Part shown: piece after piece, positions 9,844 to 22,749 of the stretch
Position numbering within the stretch: the first letter of the stretch is position 1
Layout: the number at the start of each line of letters is the position of its first letter
Assembly (NCBI GenBank): GCA_963719085.1
Contig: CAVRAL010000001.1
Location: forward strand, 672,001-736,000
Direction: 5' to 3'
DNA from: a candidate division FCPU426 bacterium
GTDB taxonomy: Bacteria; Oederibacteriota; Muellerivitia; Muellerivitales; Muellerivitaceae
DNA: 64,000 nucleotides
The notes under the pieces: model-generated
Database searches by the model: none
What the model was told of the DNA's origin: nothing
What the model saw: only the letters and a program-made list of their open reading frames with translations
Position numbers and translations under genes: made by a program

Positions 9844-10105
9844 ATGAAATTTCAAGTACAAAGCTTCCGGGCGCCGGGCTGGCTTTTTCCCATTGTGTTG
9901 TTGGTGGGCTTGGCCTTGATCCCGGTGGCGCTTTTCATCGCCGTCGCGGTTTTGGGGCTGGCTTTCGCGGGGGCGGTGGTCCGGTCCTTCCTGCCCGCGC
10001 CTTCCCCTTCGTCATCCTCTTCTCAAACAGTTTCCGCCCGGAAGGCCTCCGGATCCTTCTCGAATCAACCGGTTTTGGATGTTGAATACGAAATAAAGGA
10101 CGACC

Positions 10106-10128
<23 letters not shown>
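9844..10128 (+). CDS. Small membrane protein (start uncertain)
   Basis: Long hydrophobic segment, then a Ser-rich linker and VLDVEYEIKDD tail; overlaps the glgP start. Confidence 0.6.
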
Positions 10129-12622
<2,494 letters not shown>

Positions 12623-12641
12623 ACTAAAAAACGATTAAAAT

Positions 12642-12680
12642 AAAAAGCCGCCTCATTCGTTTGGATGAAGCGGCTTTTTT
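12642..12680. terminator. Bidirectional intrinsic terminator
   Basis: AAAAAGCCGC...GCGGCTTTTTT between convergent glgP and zapA. Confidence 0.85.
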
Positions 12681-12693
12681 ATTTAGGGGAGCT

Positions 12694-13383
12694 TTATTCT
12701 AAAATCGCGTCCATCTTACGGAAGAGGGCGGCTAATTTTTCCTCGGGGAGGGCTGTCGACGGGCCGTGATCCTTCGCGACGGGTTTGCGGGTGAGCTCGA
12801 TCTGGGCTTTTTCCAATTGGCCTTGGGTTTCCTTGATCTCTTCTTGGATTGAATTGTTCTTTTTCGATTCTTCCGCCAGCTTTTTGCGGATTTCCTCAAA
12901 CTCGGGCTTGAGGGTTTCCAGTTCTTGCTTGTACTCCATGGCTTCTTCCTCGAACCGGACGATTTTTTCTTTGGCCTCCGCCAACTCATCCCGTAAACGT
13001 TCCCGCTCTTTTTCGGCCTGCTCCACGAGGGAACGGGTCTGATCGGCTTCCGCCTTGTTCTTTTCCAGGTGTTCTTTCATTTCCAGGGTGTGTTTGAGGG
13101 AGCCTTCGGAGGACTTTTTCATGTCCAGGAGGTTTCTTTCCAAGGTCTCGATCAATTTAAGGTTTTCCGCTTTCATTTTCTCGAGCCGGTGAAGCTCGTC
13201 GGAGATATTCATGGAAGCCAAGATGGCCACCTTGGCCGCGGGGGCCGAGGACTTTTTCCCGATCTCAGTCATCTTCGCGTCGACGAATTTGGCCAGTTCC
13301 AAGATGTATTGGGGATCGGCCTCACCCTTGAGGGTGTATTCGTTGCCGTAAATCGTGACCGTGACTGATTTTTTGTCGCTCAT
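12694..13383 (-). CDS. zapA: ZapA-family cell division protein with a long coiled-coil extension
   Basis: VTIYGNEYTL...YILELAKFVDAKM...KVAILASMNISDEL; downstream of pheT. Confidence 0.85.
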   Translation of the reverse strand: MSDKKSVTVTIYGNEYTLKGEADPQYILELAKFVDAKMTEIGKKSSAPAAKVAILASMNISDELHRLEKMKAENLKLIETLERNLLDMKKSSEGSLKHTLEMKEHLEKNKAEADQTRSLVEQAEKERERLRDELAEAKEKIVRFEEEAMEYKQELETLKPEFEEIRKKLAEESKKNNSIQEEIKETQGQLEKAQIELTRKPVAKDHGPSTALPEEKLAALFRKMDAILE

Positions 13384-13727
13384 AACCGTTCCGAGTCCAA
13401 TTGTTTTTTACCGTTGCGAAGCTCAGCGGTTAGCTTTTCCATGTGAACCAGATTTTTTTGGAGTTGTTTCAGGTCTTCCAAGGCTTGCTCATAATTTTTA
13501 CGGAGTTTTTCATTTTCAGCCGAGAGGGCGGGGGATTCGGCCGTTACCGGGGCGTTAGCGGGTTTATCCCGCAGTTGATTCTTGAGGGCCATGTTTTCTT
13601 TCATCAATTGGCCGTTGGAATTACGCAGTTGGACAACGCTTTCCAAGAGGCGGTTGATTCGTTTTTCCAGGGCGTCCCAGCCGAATTGGGGCTTGGACAC
13701 TTCGGGGAACAATTCATCGGAGGGCAA
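13380..13727 (-). CDS. Short coiled-coil protein, ZapB-like
   Basis: LEKRINRLLESVVQLR heptads; between pheT and zapA, overlapping both. Confidence 0.6.
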   Translation of the reverse strand: MPSDELFPEVSKPQFGWDALEKRINRLLESVVQLRNSNGQLMKENMALKNQLRDKPANAPVTAESPALSAENEKLRKNYEQALEDLKQLQKNLVHMEKLTAELRNGKKQLDSERL

Positions 13728-16119
13728 TCGCGTACCTCGTTTTCAAGTCTTCGACTATTTTTGAGACTTTCCCCGCCACTTCCTCGTCGGTCATGGTTCT
13801 TTCCGGGTTTTGAAACAAGAGGCGATAGGCCAAGCTTCGGTGGCCGGGGGCCACATGCGGCCCTTGATAAAGATCAAACAGCCAAACCTTTTTCAATTCC
13901 ACGCCGCCCTGGGACTGAATGGCCTGAATCACCTGCTCTGATGTTACACCATCGGGAACGACCAAGGCAACGTCCCGCCAGGCAGCGGGAAACTTAGGCA
14001 GCGGATTATAGTCCAAGGAAAGCAGGGGGGATTGGGCTAGGGCTTCTAAGTCGACTTCCAAGGCGAAGCAGGGGCCGGTCAGGCCTTGTTCTTTCAATAC
14101 TTTGGGATGGAGGGCGCCGCCCTTGAGAAGGAGATGTCCTTTGGGATCCAGGGCCTTAAAGCTTTGGGCCGCGTAATAGGGGGCGGAAAGGGTGTTAAAT
14201 TCCCATTTCCATCCGTCCAAACGCAGGGCGATGAGCAGGTTTTCGGCCAATCCTTTGATGTCGTAAAAGTCCGCTTTACGGGCGGGCGACTGCCATCCCA
14301 CTTCGGCGGTTTGGCCGGCCCAGACGGCCGCGGCTTGGCGTTTTTCAACGACGCCCTTGGGTGAGGGTGAAAAGACCTTGTTGAGTTCATAAAGCGCCAC
14401 GCCGTCTTGTTGGTGCGACAGGTTGGTTTGGACGTTCAAGAGCAACGAAGGCAAAAGGCTGGGGCGCAGTACATCCTGATCATCGGCGATCGGATTGGCC
14501 AAGGCTTGCAGCTGGCGCAGAGGATCCTCGGGCCCCAGTTTTAATTTATCCGGAAAGTGCCGGGACAAAAAGGACGAGTTGACGGCTTCGTTAAAGCCGG
14601 ATTGGTGAAAGATGGATCGGATTTCGGACTCGAAGGGAATCTTGGTCGTGATCTCGTTAAAGAGAACCGGAACCCGGGGCAAGAGGAGGGGAATTTTGTC
14701 GTAGCCCATGACCCGGGCGACTTCCTCGATGAGGTCAATTTCCCGGACCAAATCCACCCGGTAGCCCGGCACGGTGACGGCGTAACCTTCCACCCCCGGT
14801 TTTTCCGATAAGGAACAACCCAAGCTTTTTAAAACCCGGATTTGATCGGCGTCGGCGAAGTTGGTTCCTAATAGGGTCCGGCAGCGTTCGGGACGGAACT
14901 TCACTTGCGCGGGGGTAAAGGGTTTGGAAACGACGCTGACGATTCCGGCGGCTAATGTTCCCCCGGCAATTTCTAAAATCAGGCCGGCGGCGCGGTCGAG
15001 GGCCCGTTCCACGCCTTGCGGATCGACGCCGCGCTCAAAGCGATAAGAAGAATCGGTGGAGATGCCGAGGGCGCGTGCGGTTTTGCGCACACTGCCGGGC
15101 AAAAAGAGAGCCGCTTCCAAAAGAATGGTTTGGGTTTTTTCGGTCACTTGGGAATTACCGCCGCCCATGACCCCCGCCAAGGCCACGGGCTTTCGGCTGT
15201 CGGCGATCACCAGCATCGAGTCTTTTAGTTCCCGTGCACTTCCGTCCAGCAAAGGAATCTTCTCGCCGTTTTTGGCTTTGCGGACCACAATCTGCCCGTC
15301 TTGAAGACTGGTGAAATCAAACGCGTGCAGGGGCTGGCCTAATTCCATGAGCACATAATTGGTGACGTCAACGACGTTGTTGATCGACTTTTGGCCTATT
15401 TTTTCCAAGGCTTGCGCCAGCCATTGGGGTGAGGGCCCCACTTTAATGTTTTCAATCAGCCGGGCGTTATAAGCGAAGCAAAGCTCGGGCGCTTGCACGG
15501 CGACCTTCACTTTTGAGGCGATGGCCGGCCCCGTTTCTTTCAGGGAAACCGGCGGCAGGAGAATCGGCCGGCCTAAAAGCGCGCCCAGCTCCCGGGCCAA
15601 GCCGATGTGGCTTAAGAGGTCCGAGCGGTTGGGGGTGATTTCGAGCTCGAAAAGTGTGTCCGGAAGTCCCATATAGAAAGTGAAGTCCGCCCCCAGGGGG
15701 GCATCGAGGGGAAGCTGAAGGATGCCTTCGGCGTCGGCGGCCAACCCCAGTTCCTTGGCCGAGCAAAGCATGCCTTCGGAGTCCACGCCCCGGATTTTAG
15801 CGGCCTTGATTTTAAAATCCCCGGGAAGCACGGCGCCTAATTTGGCCAGCGGCACTTTTTGGCCGGGGGCGATATTTTTAGCCCCACAAACCACGCTGAA
15901 AGTTTCCGCGCCCGTGGAAACCTTGGTGAGGGAAAGGCGATCGGCTTGGGGGTGTTTTTCAACGGCCAGAAGCTCGGCCACCACGACGCCCGTGATGTCC
16001 GCGCCGATTTGGCGAACGCCGCCCACTTCAACCCCTGCCTGGACCAATTTTGGAAGAATCGTCTCAGGGGATTCAGGAAGCGACAGGTAATTTCGAAGCC
16101 AATTATAGGAGATGAGCAT
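13714..16119 (-). CDS. pheT: Phenylalanyl-tRNA synthetase beta subunit
   Basis: MLISYNWL, HPQADRL, VCGAKN, SEGMLCS, ITPNRSDLLS, SYRFERGVD, RDVALVV, LFDLYQG. Confidence 0.97.
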   Translation of the reverse strand: MLISYNWLRNYLSLPESPETILPKLVQAGVEVGGVRQIGADITGVVVAELLAVEKHPQADRLSLTKVSTGAETFSVVCGAKNIAPGQKVPLAKLGAVLPGDFKIKAAKIRGVDSEGMLCSAKELGLAADAEGILQLPLDAPLGADFTFYMGLPDTLFELEITPNRSDLLSHIGLARELGALLGRPILLPPVSLKETGPAIASKVKVAVQAPELCFAYNARLIENIKVGPSPQWLAQALEKIGQKSINNVVDVTNYVLMELGQPLHAFDFTSLQDGQIVVRKAKNGEKIPLLDGSARELKDSMLVIADSRKPVALAGVMGGGNSQVTEKTQTILLEAALFLPGSVRKTARALGISTDSSYRFERGVDPQGVERALDRAAGLILEIAGGTLAAGIVSVVSKPFTPAQVKFRPERCRTLLGTNFADADQIRVLKSLGCSLSEKPGVEGYAVTVPGYRVDLVREIDLIEEVARVMGYDKIPLLLPRVPVLFNEITTKIPFESEIRSIFHQSGFNEAVNSSFLSRHFPDKLKLGPEDPLRQLQALANPIADDQDVLRPSLLPSLLLNVQTNLSHQQDGVALYELNKVFSPSPKGVVEKRQAAAVWAGQTAEVGWQSPARKADFYDIKGLAENLLIALRLDGWKWEFNTLSAPYYAAQSFKALDPKGHLLLKGGALHPKVLKEQGLTGPCFALEVDLEALAQSPLLSLDYNPLPKFPAAWRDVALVVPDGVTSEQVIQAIQSQGGVELKKVWLFDLYQGPHVAPGHRSLAYRLLFQNPERTMTDEEVAGKVSKIVEDLKTRYAIALR

Positions 16120-16159
16120 AGGAGACCTGTTCTATGGGCGAAAAGCCCGTAATTTCGAG

Positions 16160-16188
16160 AGTTTAAGGGAGGCTCCAAGGGCTGTCAA
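16160..16188 (-). promoter_or_regulatory. Putative sigma70 promoter of pheT
   Basis: Minus strand TTGACA (16188-16183), 17 nt, TAAACT (16165-16160). Confidence 0.65.
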
Positions 16189-16307
16189 CAAAATGCGCCG
16201 ATGGCGCTCAATCGGCGCCCGCCTCATTTTGATGATGATTTTTAAACCGATTCACCCTATAAGATTGTCCAGCGGTTCTATTTTCCCTTCGAAAGGTGGT
16301 GGTGAGA

Positions 16308-17403
16308 TTGGCGTTGTTCGAATTGGACGTCAAGTCTCTGGAGCGTAAGTTAACCGAAGTGAGGGATCATCTTTGACCCCGCTCAAACGCGACGGGAAAT
16401 AGAGCGGCTCGAGGCACAAACCACCCATCCTGATTTTTGGAACAATACCCAAGAAGCCCAGGCGGTCACCGGACGTTTAGCCCGGCTCAAGGACAGCTTG
16501 GCGCTGGTCGAGAAGTTTGAGAAACAATATAGCGACCTTTTAGCCTGCCAGGAATTGCTCAAAGAAGAACATGACGCGTCCCTCCAGGAAGAGCTCAAGC
16601 GTGAGAACGATAAGTTCGAGGCGGAATTCCGCGAATTCGAGCTGAAGCGCAACTTCACGGGCAAATACGATTTTAATAACGCTTACTTTTCCATCCATCC
16701 CGGCGCCGGCGGAACCGAAAGCCAGGATTGGGCTCAAATCCTTTTGCGCATGTACCTGCGCTGGTTGGAAGAAAAGGGCTATAAGGTCGAGACCATGGAC
16801 TATCAACCGGCCGACGAGGCGGGGATCAAGTCCGTCTCGTTATTGGTCACGGGTCCCTGGGCTTACGGATTTCTAAAAGTTGAGAAGGGCGTCCACCGCT
16901 TGGTGCGCATTTCCCCCTTTGACGCCGCCAAAAGGCGCCATACCTCTTTCGCTTCGGTTGACGTGATGCCGGAGGTGGAGGACGTTGAGTTTGAGATCAA
17001 GCCCGACGATATTCAAATGGACACTTACCGATCCGGCGGCAAGGGCGGCCAGAACGTCAACAAGGTTGAGACGGCGGTCCGCTTGACCCACATTCCCACC
17101 GGCATCATCGTGGCCTGCCAAGCTGAGCGCTCCCAGTTTAAAAACCGGGACAAGGCCATGAAGATGCTCCGGGCCCAGTTGTTTCAGTATTACCAAGACA
17201 AACAAGACGCTGAATTGTCCAAGGTGGCGGGTGAGAAAAAGAAGATTGAGTGGGGAAGTCAGATCCGCTCCTACGTCTTCCAGCCTTATCAATTGGTGAA
17301 GGATCACCGCACCAACACCGAAATATCGGATATTGCCCGGGTCATGGACGGGGATTTGGATCTTTTTATTGAGGCGGCCTTAAAAGCCAAGCTGGTGGAT
17401 TAA
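16308..17403 (+). CDS. prfB: Peptide chain release factor 2 with programmed +1 frameshift (start TTG 16308 or GTG 16302)
   Basis: Frame 1 reads [26 protein letters not shown]. AGGGATCAT-CTT-TGA-C lies at 16362-16377. The +1 frame continues DPAQ...PDFWNN and contains the SPF and GGQ motifs. Confidence 0.96.
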
Positions 17404-17511
17404 TGAGAATGGCCTTGCGGCCCGAAGCGCCCTCGCGCCGCGCGGGAAGAAGCTGCTGCCTAGGTTAGCCGCGTTTAACCAAACAGCCTAATTCAAAACG
17501 AAGGATGGATA

Positions 17512-18222
17512 TTGAAACGAGAAAAGTGGGACGGCCAACGGGAAACGTTGGATGATTTACTCGAAGCGGTCCATTACAACCGGTGGATTTACCGCAATGT
17601 CGAAGCCTTCCTGGGTAAAAGAATCCTGGAAGTCGGTTGCGGCACGGGAAACATCACGGGATTTCTCGCGGATGGGAGGCGGGTTTTGGCCGTCGATGTC
17701 CATGGTGGATACCTGGAGTCGGCTAAAAAACGATTGGGCAAAAAACCGAACCTGCGTTTCCGGGAGTTGGATCTTCGAAAGGGTGTCCGCGAGTTTCGGG
17801 GTTTTCGTCCGGATACGATCATCAGCGTTAATGTTTTAGAGCATATCGATGAAGATGAGGCTTTTTTGAAAGAAAGTTTTGACCTGCTTCCGCCGGGAGG
17901 GAGGTTTTTAGTTTTTGTGCCGGCCTTTCAATGGCTGTATGGATCGATGGACATCAGCTACGGGCATTATCGCCGCTACTCCAAGGGTTCGCTTAATGAC
18001 AAGCTGAGGAGAACGGGTTTCGAGATTGATTATTGCCGCTATTTGAACCTCTTGGGTGTTTTAGGCTGGTGGGTGAACGGCAAAATATTAAAGCGAAAGA
18101 TCATTCCAAAAGGACAGATGCTTCTTTATGATCAAATTCTGAGATTGGTCGCGCCCATTGAAAAATATCTACCGAAGCCCCTGGGACTTTCCCTGCTTTC
18201 GGTTGGCCGTAAACCTGGTTGA
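17512..18222 (+). CDS. Class I SAM-dependent methyltransferase
   Basis: ILEVGCGTG, NVLEHI, FVPAF, GHYRRY. Confidence 0.85.
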   Translation: MKREKWDGQRETLDDLLEAVHYNRWIYRNVEAFLGKRILEVGCGTGNITGFLADGRRVLAVDVHGGYLESAKKRLGKKPNLRFRELDLRKGVREFRGFRPDTIISVNVLEHIDEDEAFLKESFDLLPPGGRFLVFVPAFQWLYGSMDISYGHYRRYSKGSLNDKLRRTGFEIDYCRYLNLLGVLGWWVNGKILKRKIIPKGQMLLYDQILRLVAPIEKYLPKPLGLSLLSVGRKPG

Positions 18223-18245
18223 TCAAAAGACGGTAACAAAACCTT

Positions 18246-18365
18246 TTCACCGCCAAGGCGCCAAGGACGCCAAGAACAGCGAAAGACTAAAAATCAGGCA
18301 AAAGGTTTTAAAATCCCTGTTTTTGTTTTGGTCTTTCTTGGCGAACTTGGCGTCTTGGCGGTGAA
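18246..18365. repeat. Long inverted-repeat element E2 (CGCCAAG type)
   Basis: ttcaccgccaaggcgccaaggacgccaagaa / ttcttggcgaacttggcgtcttggcggtgaa; 31-nt arms with 3 differences. Confidence 0.92.
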
Positions 18366-18431
18366 GATTGAACTGAGTTTTGATTTTTGTTACCGGTTCT
18401 AAATAAAATTCTCTGGAAACGGACGGTTGAC

Positions 18432-19937
18432 ATGTCGGAATTGAATGAATTTATCAAGGTGCGGTTGGACAAGTTAAAGGCTTTGCGGGAAAAGGGCGTG
18501 AATCCTTATCCCACTCGTTTTGATCCCACGCACCATTCAGCGGATCTTCTTGAAAAATACAAGGACCTGCAAGCCGCGGAACACCGCGAGGCTGACAAGG
18601 TTTCCATCGCGGGCCGGTTGGTGACCATTCGGGGGATGGGTAAAAGTTCCTTCGCCCATATTTTGGACGGACAGGGCAAAATTCAAGTTTATGTAAAACT
18701 CGACGGCATCGGGGAAAAGGATTACGAAATTTTCAAAATGCTGGATTTGGGCGACATCATCGGCGTCAAGGGCTTTCCCTTTAAGACTAAGACCGGCGAG
18801 GTCAGCGTGCACGTGGAATCCTTCACCCTTTTAGCCAAGTCCCTGCATCCCTTGCCGGAAAAATGGCATGGCTTGACCGACGTGGAAGCCCGTTACCGGC
18901 ACCGCTACGTGGATTTGATCGTGAATGAGAACGTCCGCAAAACTTTTGAGATCCGCTCCAAGGTTGTGGGCGCGATCCGCCGTTATATGGATGGTCAGCA
19001 ATTTCTCGAAGTTGAAACTCCCATGATGCACCCGATTCCCGGCGGCGCGGCGGCCAAGCCTTTTGTGACCCACCATAACGCCTTGGATATGGACCTTTTC
19101 ATGCGGGTGGCCCCCGAGCTTTATTTGAAGCGCCTGTTGGTCGGCGGCCTGGAGCGGGTTTATGAGATCAACCGCAACTTCCGCAACGAAGGCATCAGCA
19201 TCAAGCACAATCCCGAGTTCACCATGTTGGAGGCCTACCAAGCTTACGGCGACCATGAGACGGTGATGACTTTGACGGAAAATCTTTTGGCCGAGGCCGC
19301 CAAGGCCGCCGGTCAATCACTCGAGATCAAGGTCGGCGAACAGGAACTTGATTTCACGCCGCCTTTCAAGCGCCTGCCCCTGTTTCAAGCTTTGAAAGAA
19401 ATTGGCGGGGTGGATTACGACAAGGTCGACGTGGAAGAGCTCAAAAAGCGGGTGAAGGGGACTTCGGCCTCCGTGAAACATATCGACAGCTTAAGCAAAG
19501 CTGAACTGGCTTATCTGCTTTTCGGGGAACTGGTGGAGTCCAAACTGATCCAGCCGACCTTTATCACGGAATTCCCGGTGGAAGTCTCGCCTTTATCCAA
19601 GTCGAAGCCTGACAACCCCGCTTTGACCGAACGGTTCGAGCTTTTTGTGTTTGGCCGGGAAATCGCCAATGGTTTTTCCGAACTCAACGATCCTGTGGAT
19701 CAGCGCAAGCGTTTCGAAAAACAAGTGGAGCTTCGTAAGTCGGGTGACGAAGAGGGGATGTTTTTGGATGAGGACTATATCTTGGCGCTTTCCTATGGCA
19801 TGCCTCCGGCCGGCGGCGTGGGAATCGGCATTGACCGGCTCCTGATGCTTTTGACCGACAGCCCTTCCATTCGCGACGTAATTTTGTTTCCCTTACTTCG
19901 CCATAGAGATGATGAAGAAAAGATGGTGTTTGAATAA
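18432..19937 (+). CDS. lysS: Lysyl-tRNA synthetase (class II)
   Basis: PLPEKWHGL, RYRHRYVDL, GGAAAKPF, FRNEG, HNPEFTMLE, YGMPPAGGVGIGIDRL. Confidence 0.97.
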   Translation: MSELNEFIKVRLDKLKALREKGVNPYPTRFDPTHHSADLLEKYKDLQAAEHREADKVSIAGRLVTIRGMGKSSFAHILDGQGKIQVYVKLDGIGEKDYEIFKMLDLGDIIGVKGFPFKTKTGEVSVHVESFTLLAKSLHPLPEKWHGLTDVEARYRHRYVDLIVNENVRKTFEIRSKVVGAIRRYMDGQQFLEVETPMMHPIPGGAAAKPFVTHHNALDMDLFMRVAPELYLKRLLVGGLERVYEINRNFRNEGISIKHNPEFTMLEAYQAYGDHETVMTLTENLLAEAAKAAGQSLEIKVGEQELDFTPPFKRLPLFQALKEIGGVDYDKVDVEELKKRVKGTSASVKHIDSLSKAELAYLLFGELVESKLIQPTFITEFPVEVSPLSKSKPDNPALTERFELFVFGREIANGFSELNDPVDQRKRFEKQVELRKSGDEEGMFLDEDYILALSYGMPPAGGVGIGIDRLLMLLTDSPSIRDVILFPLLRHRDDEEKMVFE

Positions 19938-19953
19938 GAATTTAAAAAATTCA

Positions 19954-20033
19954 ACCACCAAGGTCACCAAGAAGGCGTGAAACGAGCTTTGATTTTAGTC
20001 TTTCTTGGTGACCTTGGTGTACTTGGTGGTGAA
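19954..20033. repeat. Long inverted-repeat element E3 (CACCAAG type)
   Basis: accaccaaggtcaccaagaa / ttcttggtgaccttggtgtacttggtggtgaa. Confidence 0.88.
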
Positions 20034-20065
20034 ATGGTTTTTACTTTTATTGTGAAGGGCTTCTT

Positions 20066-21319
20066 TTGAATCTTCCTTTTGAAATCTTCCTGGGCCTTCG
20101 CTACCTGCGATCCAAGCGTAAGCGTTCGGCTATTTCCGTTCTGACTTGGCTTTCGGTCATCGGCGTTTCCATTGGGGTCATGGCGCTCAATGTGGTGCTT
20201 TCGGTCATGAATGGTTATGACTCCGAACTCAAAAAGGACATCGTGGGGATCAACCCCCATGTCATTGTTTCGGGTTATCACAACCAGCCGCTGGCCAACG
20301 CCGATAGCTTTACCCAGGTGATCGGCAAGATGGACCATGTGGCTTCCGTGGGGCCCTATGTGCAGGGCCAAGCTTTGGCCCGGTCGCGCGAAAGGGCGGT
20401 GGGAATCATGGTGTGGGGCGTGGACCCCGATCATCCCCAGGCCTTGGCGGATTTGGACAAATATTTATTCGAAGCCAAGTCCCAGGATTTAAAACCTCCT
20501 ACAACCGAAGGCGCCAGCCGTGAAGCGAGGATTTTTTTAGGGAGCGTGCTCGCCCAAAGGCTTCGGGTGAGCGTGGGGGACGACATCCTGCTTTTTCTCC
20601 CCAATATGGAAATGACGCCCTTGGGGATGACGCCGCAAAGCATGAAATTCCAAATCGTGGGCGTCTTTAACACGGGCATGTACGACTATGATTCTGACTT
20701 TGCTTATGTGGCCCTGCCCATCGCCCAAAAAATGTTTGCCCTGGGGGATAATGTCACCGGCGTGGCGGTCAAATTGGATAACGTGGATTTGGCGCCGAGC
20801 CTCGGCCGCACTATCCGCCAGGCTTTCGGCGGTGATTATTACGTGCAGGATTGGCTGGAGGTGAACCGCAACCTCTTCACCGCCATCCATATGGAAAAAC
20901 TCGTGATGGGCATCATTCTTTCGCTGATCGTTCTAGTGGCGGCGCTCAATATCGTCAACCCCTTGACCATGATGGTCATTGAAAAGACCAAAGAAATTGG
21001 AATCCTCAAGGCCATGGGCGCCACGGATAAAAGCGTCACGACGATTTTTATGTTTGAGGGAATGTTGATCGGGATTCTGGGTATTTTGTTGGGGTTGATC
21101 ATCGGCTACATTCTTTGCGAAATTATCGCCCTGGTGCCCATTCATATTCCCGGAGGCGGCATGGTTTATTACATCGACCGTTTGCCGGTGAAGGTGGATC
21201 CCTTCATCAGCTATGTGATTGTTCCCGTGATGGCGGTGTTCCTATGTTTCTTGGCTACGCTTTACCCGGCGCGGCAGGCGGCCAAGCTGGAACCCGTCGA
21301 CGCCATCCGGTACGAGTAG
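20066..21319 (+). CDS. lolE: LolC/E-family lipoprotein-releasing ABC permease
   Basis: LRYLRSK, VLSVMNGY, FNTGMYDYD, EKTKEIGILKAMGA, ATLYPARQAAKLEP. Confidence 0.9.
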   Translation: MNLPFEIFLGLRYLRSKRKRSAISVLTWLSVIGVSIGVMALNVVLSVMNGYDSELKKDIVGINPHVIVSGYHNQPLANADSFTQVIGKMDHVASVGPYVQGQALARSRERAVGIMVWGVDPDHPQALADLDKYLFEAKSQDLKPPTTEGASREARIFLGSVLAQRLRVSVGDDILLFLPNMEMTPLGMTPQSMKFQIVGVFNTGMYDYDSDFAYVALPIAQKMFALGDNVTGVAVKLDNVDLAPSLGRTIRQAFGGDYYVQDWLEVNRNLFTAIHMEKLVMGIILSLIVLVAALNIVNPLTMMVIEKTKEIGILKAMGATDKSVTTIFMFEGMLIGILGILLGLIIGYILCEIIALVPIHIPGGGMVYYIDRLPVKVDPFISYVIVPVMAVFLCFLATLYPARQAAKLEPVDAIRYE

Positions 21320-21328
21320 GGGGAGCCC

Positions 21329-22009
21329 ATGGAAGTTATCCGCGTGGAAGATGTCACCAAGAGCTATTTCATGGACGCCGAGGAAATCCGCGCCCTGCGA
21401 AAAGTTAATTTCTCCTTGGACGCCGGGGACATCACGGTCATTTTGGGTCCCTCGGGATCCGGCAAGAGCACGCTTCTGACCCTTTTGGGGGGGCTTGGAA
21501 AACCTTCCGAAGGCAAGGTCTGGTGCCGGGGAAAGTCCCTCTATGACTTATCCAACGCCGAACTGGCGCTTTGGCGGAATAAAATTTTTGGTTTTGTTTT
21601 CCAGTTCCATTATTTGATGCCCGAATTGACGGCGTTGGAAAATATTATGCTGGCCGGCCGCATTTCCCGAAAACCAATTGAGGAATGCGAGGCTCGGGCG
21701 CAAAAGCTTTTGGCCCACGTGAAGCTATCCTCCCGGGCCCAGCACAAGCCCGGCGAGCTTTCGGGCGGGGAACAACAGCGGGTGGCGGTGTGCCGGGCCT
21801 TGATGAATGAGCCTGAAATTATCCTGGCGGACGAGCCCACGGGCAATTTGGATTTAAAAACCGCCGAGGGAATCCATGACGTGCTTTGGGAAATTTGCCA
21901 GAAGGAAGGCCGCACCCTGATTGTGGTCACCCATTACGAACCCCTGGCCAAACGCGCGGACCATATTTTGAGTCTGAACGACGGCCAAGTCGTAAAGAGG
22001 AAGAATTAG
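21329..22009 (+). CDS. lolD: LolD-family ABC ATPase
   Basis: [35 protein letters not shown]; adjacent to lolE. Confidence 0.9.
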   Translation: MEVIRVEDVTKSYFMDAEEIRALRKVNFSLDAGDITVILGPSGSGKSTLLTLLGGLGKPSEGKVWCRGKSLYDLSNAELALWRNKIFGFVFQFHYLMPELTALENIMLAGRISRKPIEECEARAQKLLAHVKLSSRAQHKPGELSGGEQQRVAVCRALMNEPEIILADEPTGNLDLKTAEGIHDVLWEICQKEGRTLIVVTHYEPLAKRADHILSLNDGQVVKRKN

Positions 22010-22011
22010 GC

Positions 22012-22142
22012 TTGAAACACAGAGTTACACGGAGTTGCGCGGAGTAAGATTTTAAAATTTAATTTGATATTTATCGGCTGCGGCTTATTCAGGTGATGTG
22101 ATTTTGGTTCACTCGGTGAACCCTGTTAACTCTGTGTTTCAA
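22012..22142. repeat. Long inverted-repeat element E4 (CACAGAG type)
   Basis: Perfect 16-bp outer stem ttgaaacacagagtta / taactctgtgtttcaa, plus degenerate inner units (acacggag, gcgcggag). Confidence 0.88.
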
Positions 22143-22164
22143 AGTCTTGAGATTTGAGGATTTT

Positions 22165-22749
22165 ATGCTTTGTCAAAAGTGCCAACAGAGGCCCGCGACC
22201 GTCTTTTTTTCCCAAACGGTGGGGACTAAAACCACCCAGACCCATCTTTGCGAGCCTTGCGCCCGGGAACAAATGAAGGCTCAGGGCGTGGTCACGCCTT
22301 TCGCCTTGAACCCCTTTGCCGCCATGGCGGATTTTTTCAATAACTTCATGGCGGGCGCCAATATCCAAGAAGCCGCCCAGGGACGCGCGCCGGTGTCGGG
22401 GACGCCGTCCATCGGTGATCCTTCGGTTCAATGTCCTTACTGTGGTTATCAACTTTCCACCTTCCGTCAAAACGGAAGGCTGGGCTGTACCCGTTGTTAT
22501 GAGGCCTTCGCCGGATTTTTGGGGCCCTTGGTGGCCAGCATCCATGGCAATGTTCGGCACACGGAAGAAGTTTCGGAAAAAGCGAATTCCGCTCCGCCCG
22601 GGGCGCCGATTGCCGCGCCGCTGGGGGAGGACGCTGAAGTTTTAGGCTTGCGCGAGCAATTAAAAACGGCGATTCAAAATGAGAAGTTCGAGGAAGCGGC
22701 GCGACTTCGGGATGAAATCCAAAAACGGAAGGATCCGCCCCTTGTTTGA
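22165..22749 (+). CDS. mcsA: McsA, activator of the protein-arginine kinase
   Basis: Four CxxC motifs, GRLGC, IHG, C-terminal UVR motif EKFEEAARLRD. Confidence 0.9.
   Translation: MLCQKCQQRPATVFFSQTVGTKTTQTHLCEPCAREQMKAQGVVTPFALNPFAAMADFFNNFMAGANIQEAAQGRAPVSGTPSIGDPSVQCPYCGYQLSTFRQNGRLGCTRCYEAFAGFLGPLVASIHGNVRHTEEVSEKANSAPPGAPIAAPLGEDAEVLGLREQLKTAIQNEKFEEAARLRDEIQKRKDPPLV

Noticed and set aside
16308..16497. prfB as a pseudogene or truncated gene
   Set aside because: The in-frame stop is the canonical programmed frameshift site.
18158..18364. Small ORFs containing RQGAKDAK/LANLASWR (also 59037-59450, 37074-37328, 7374-7643)
   Set aside because: They are translations of the palindromic elements, and overlap real genes or lack an RBS.
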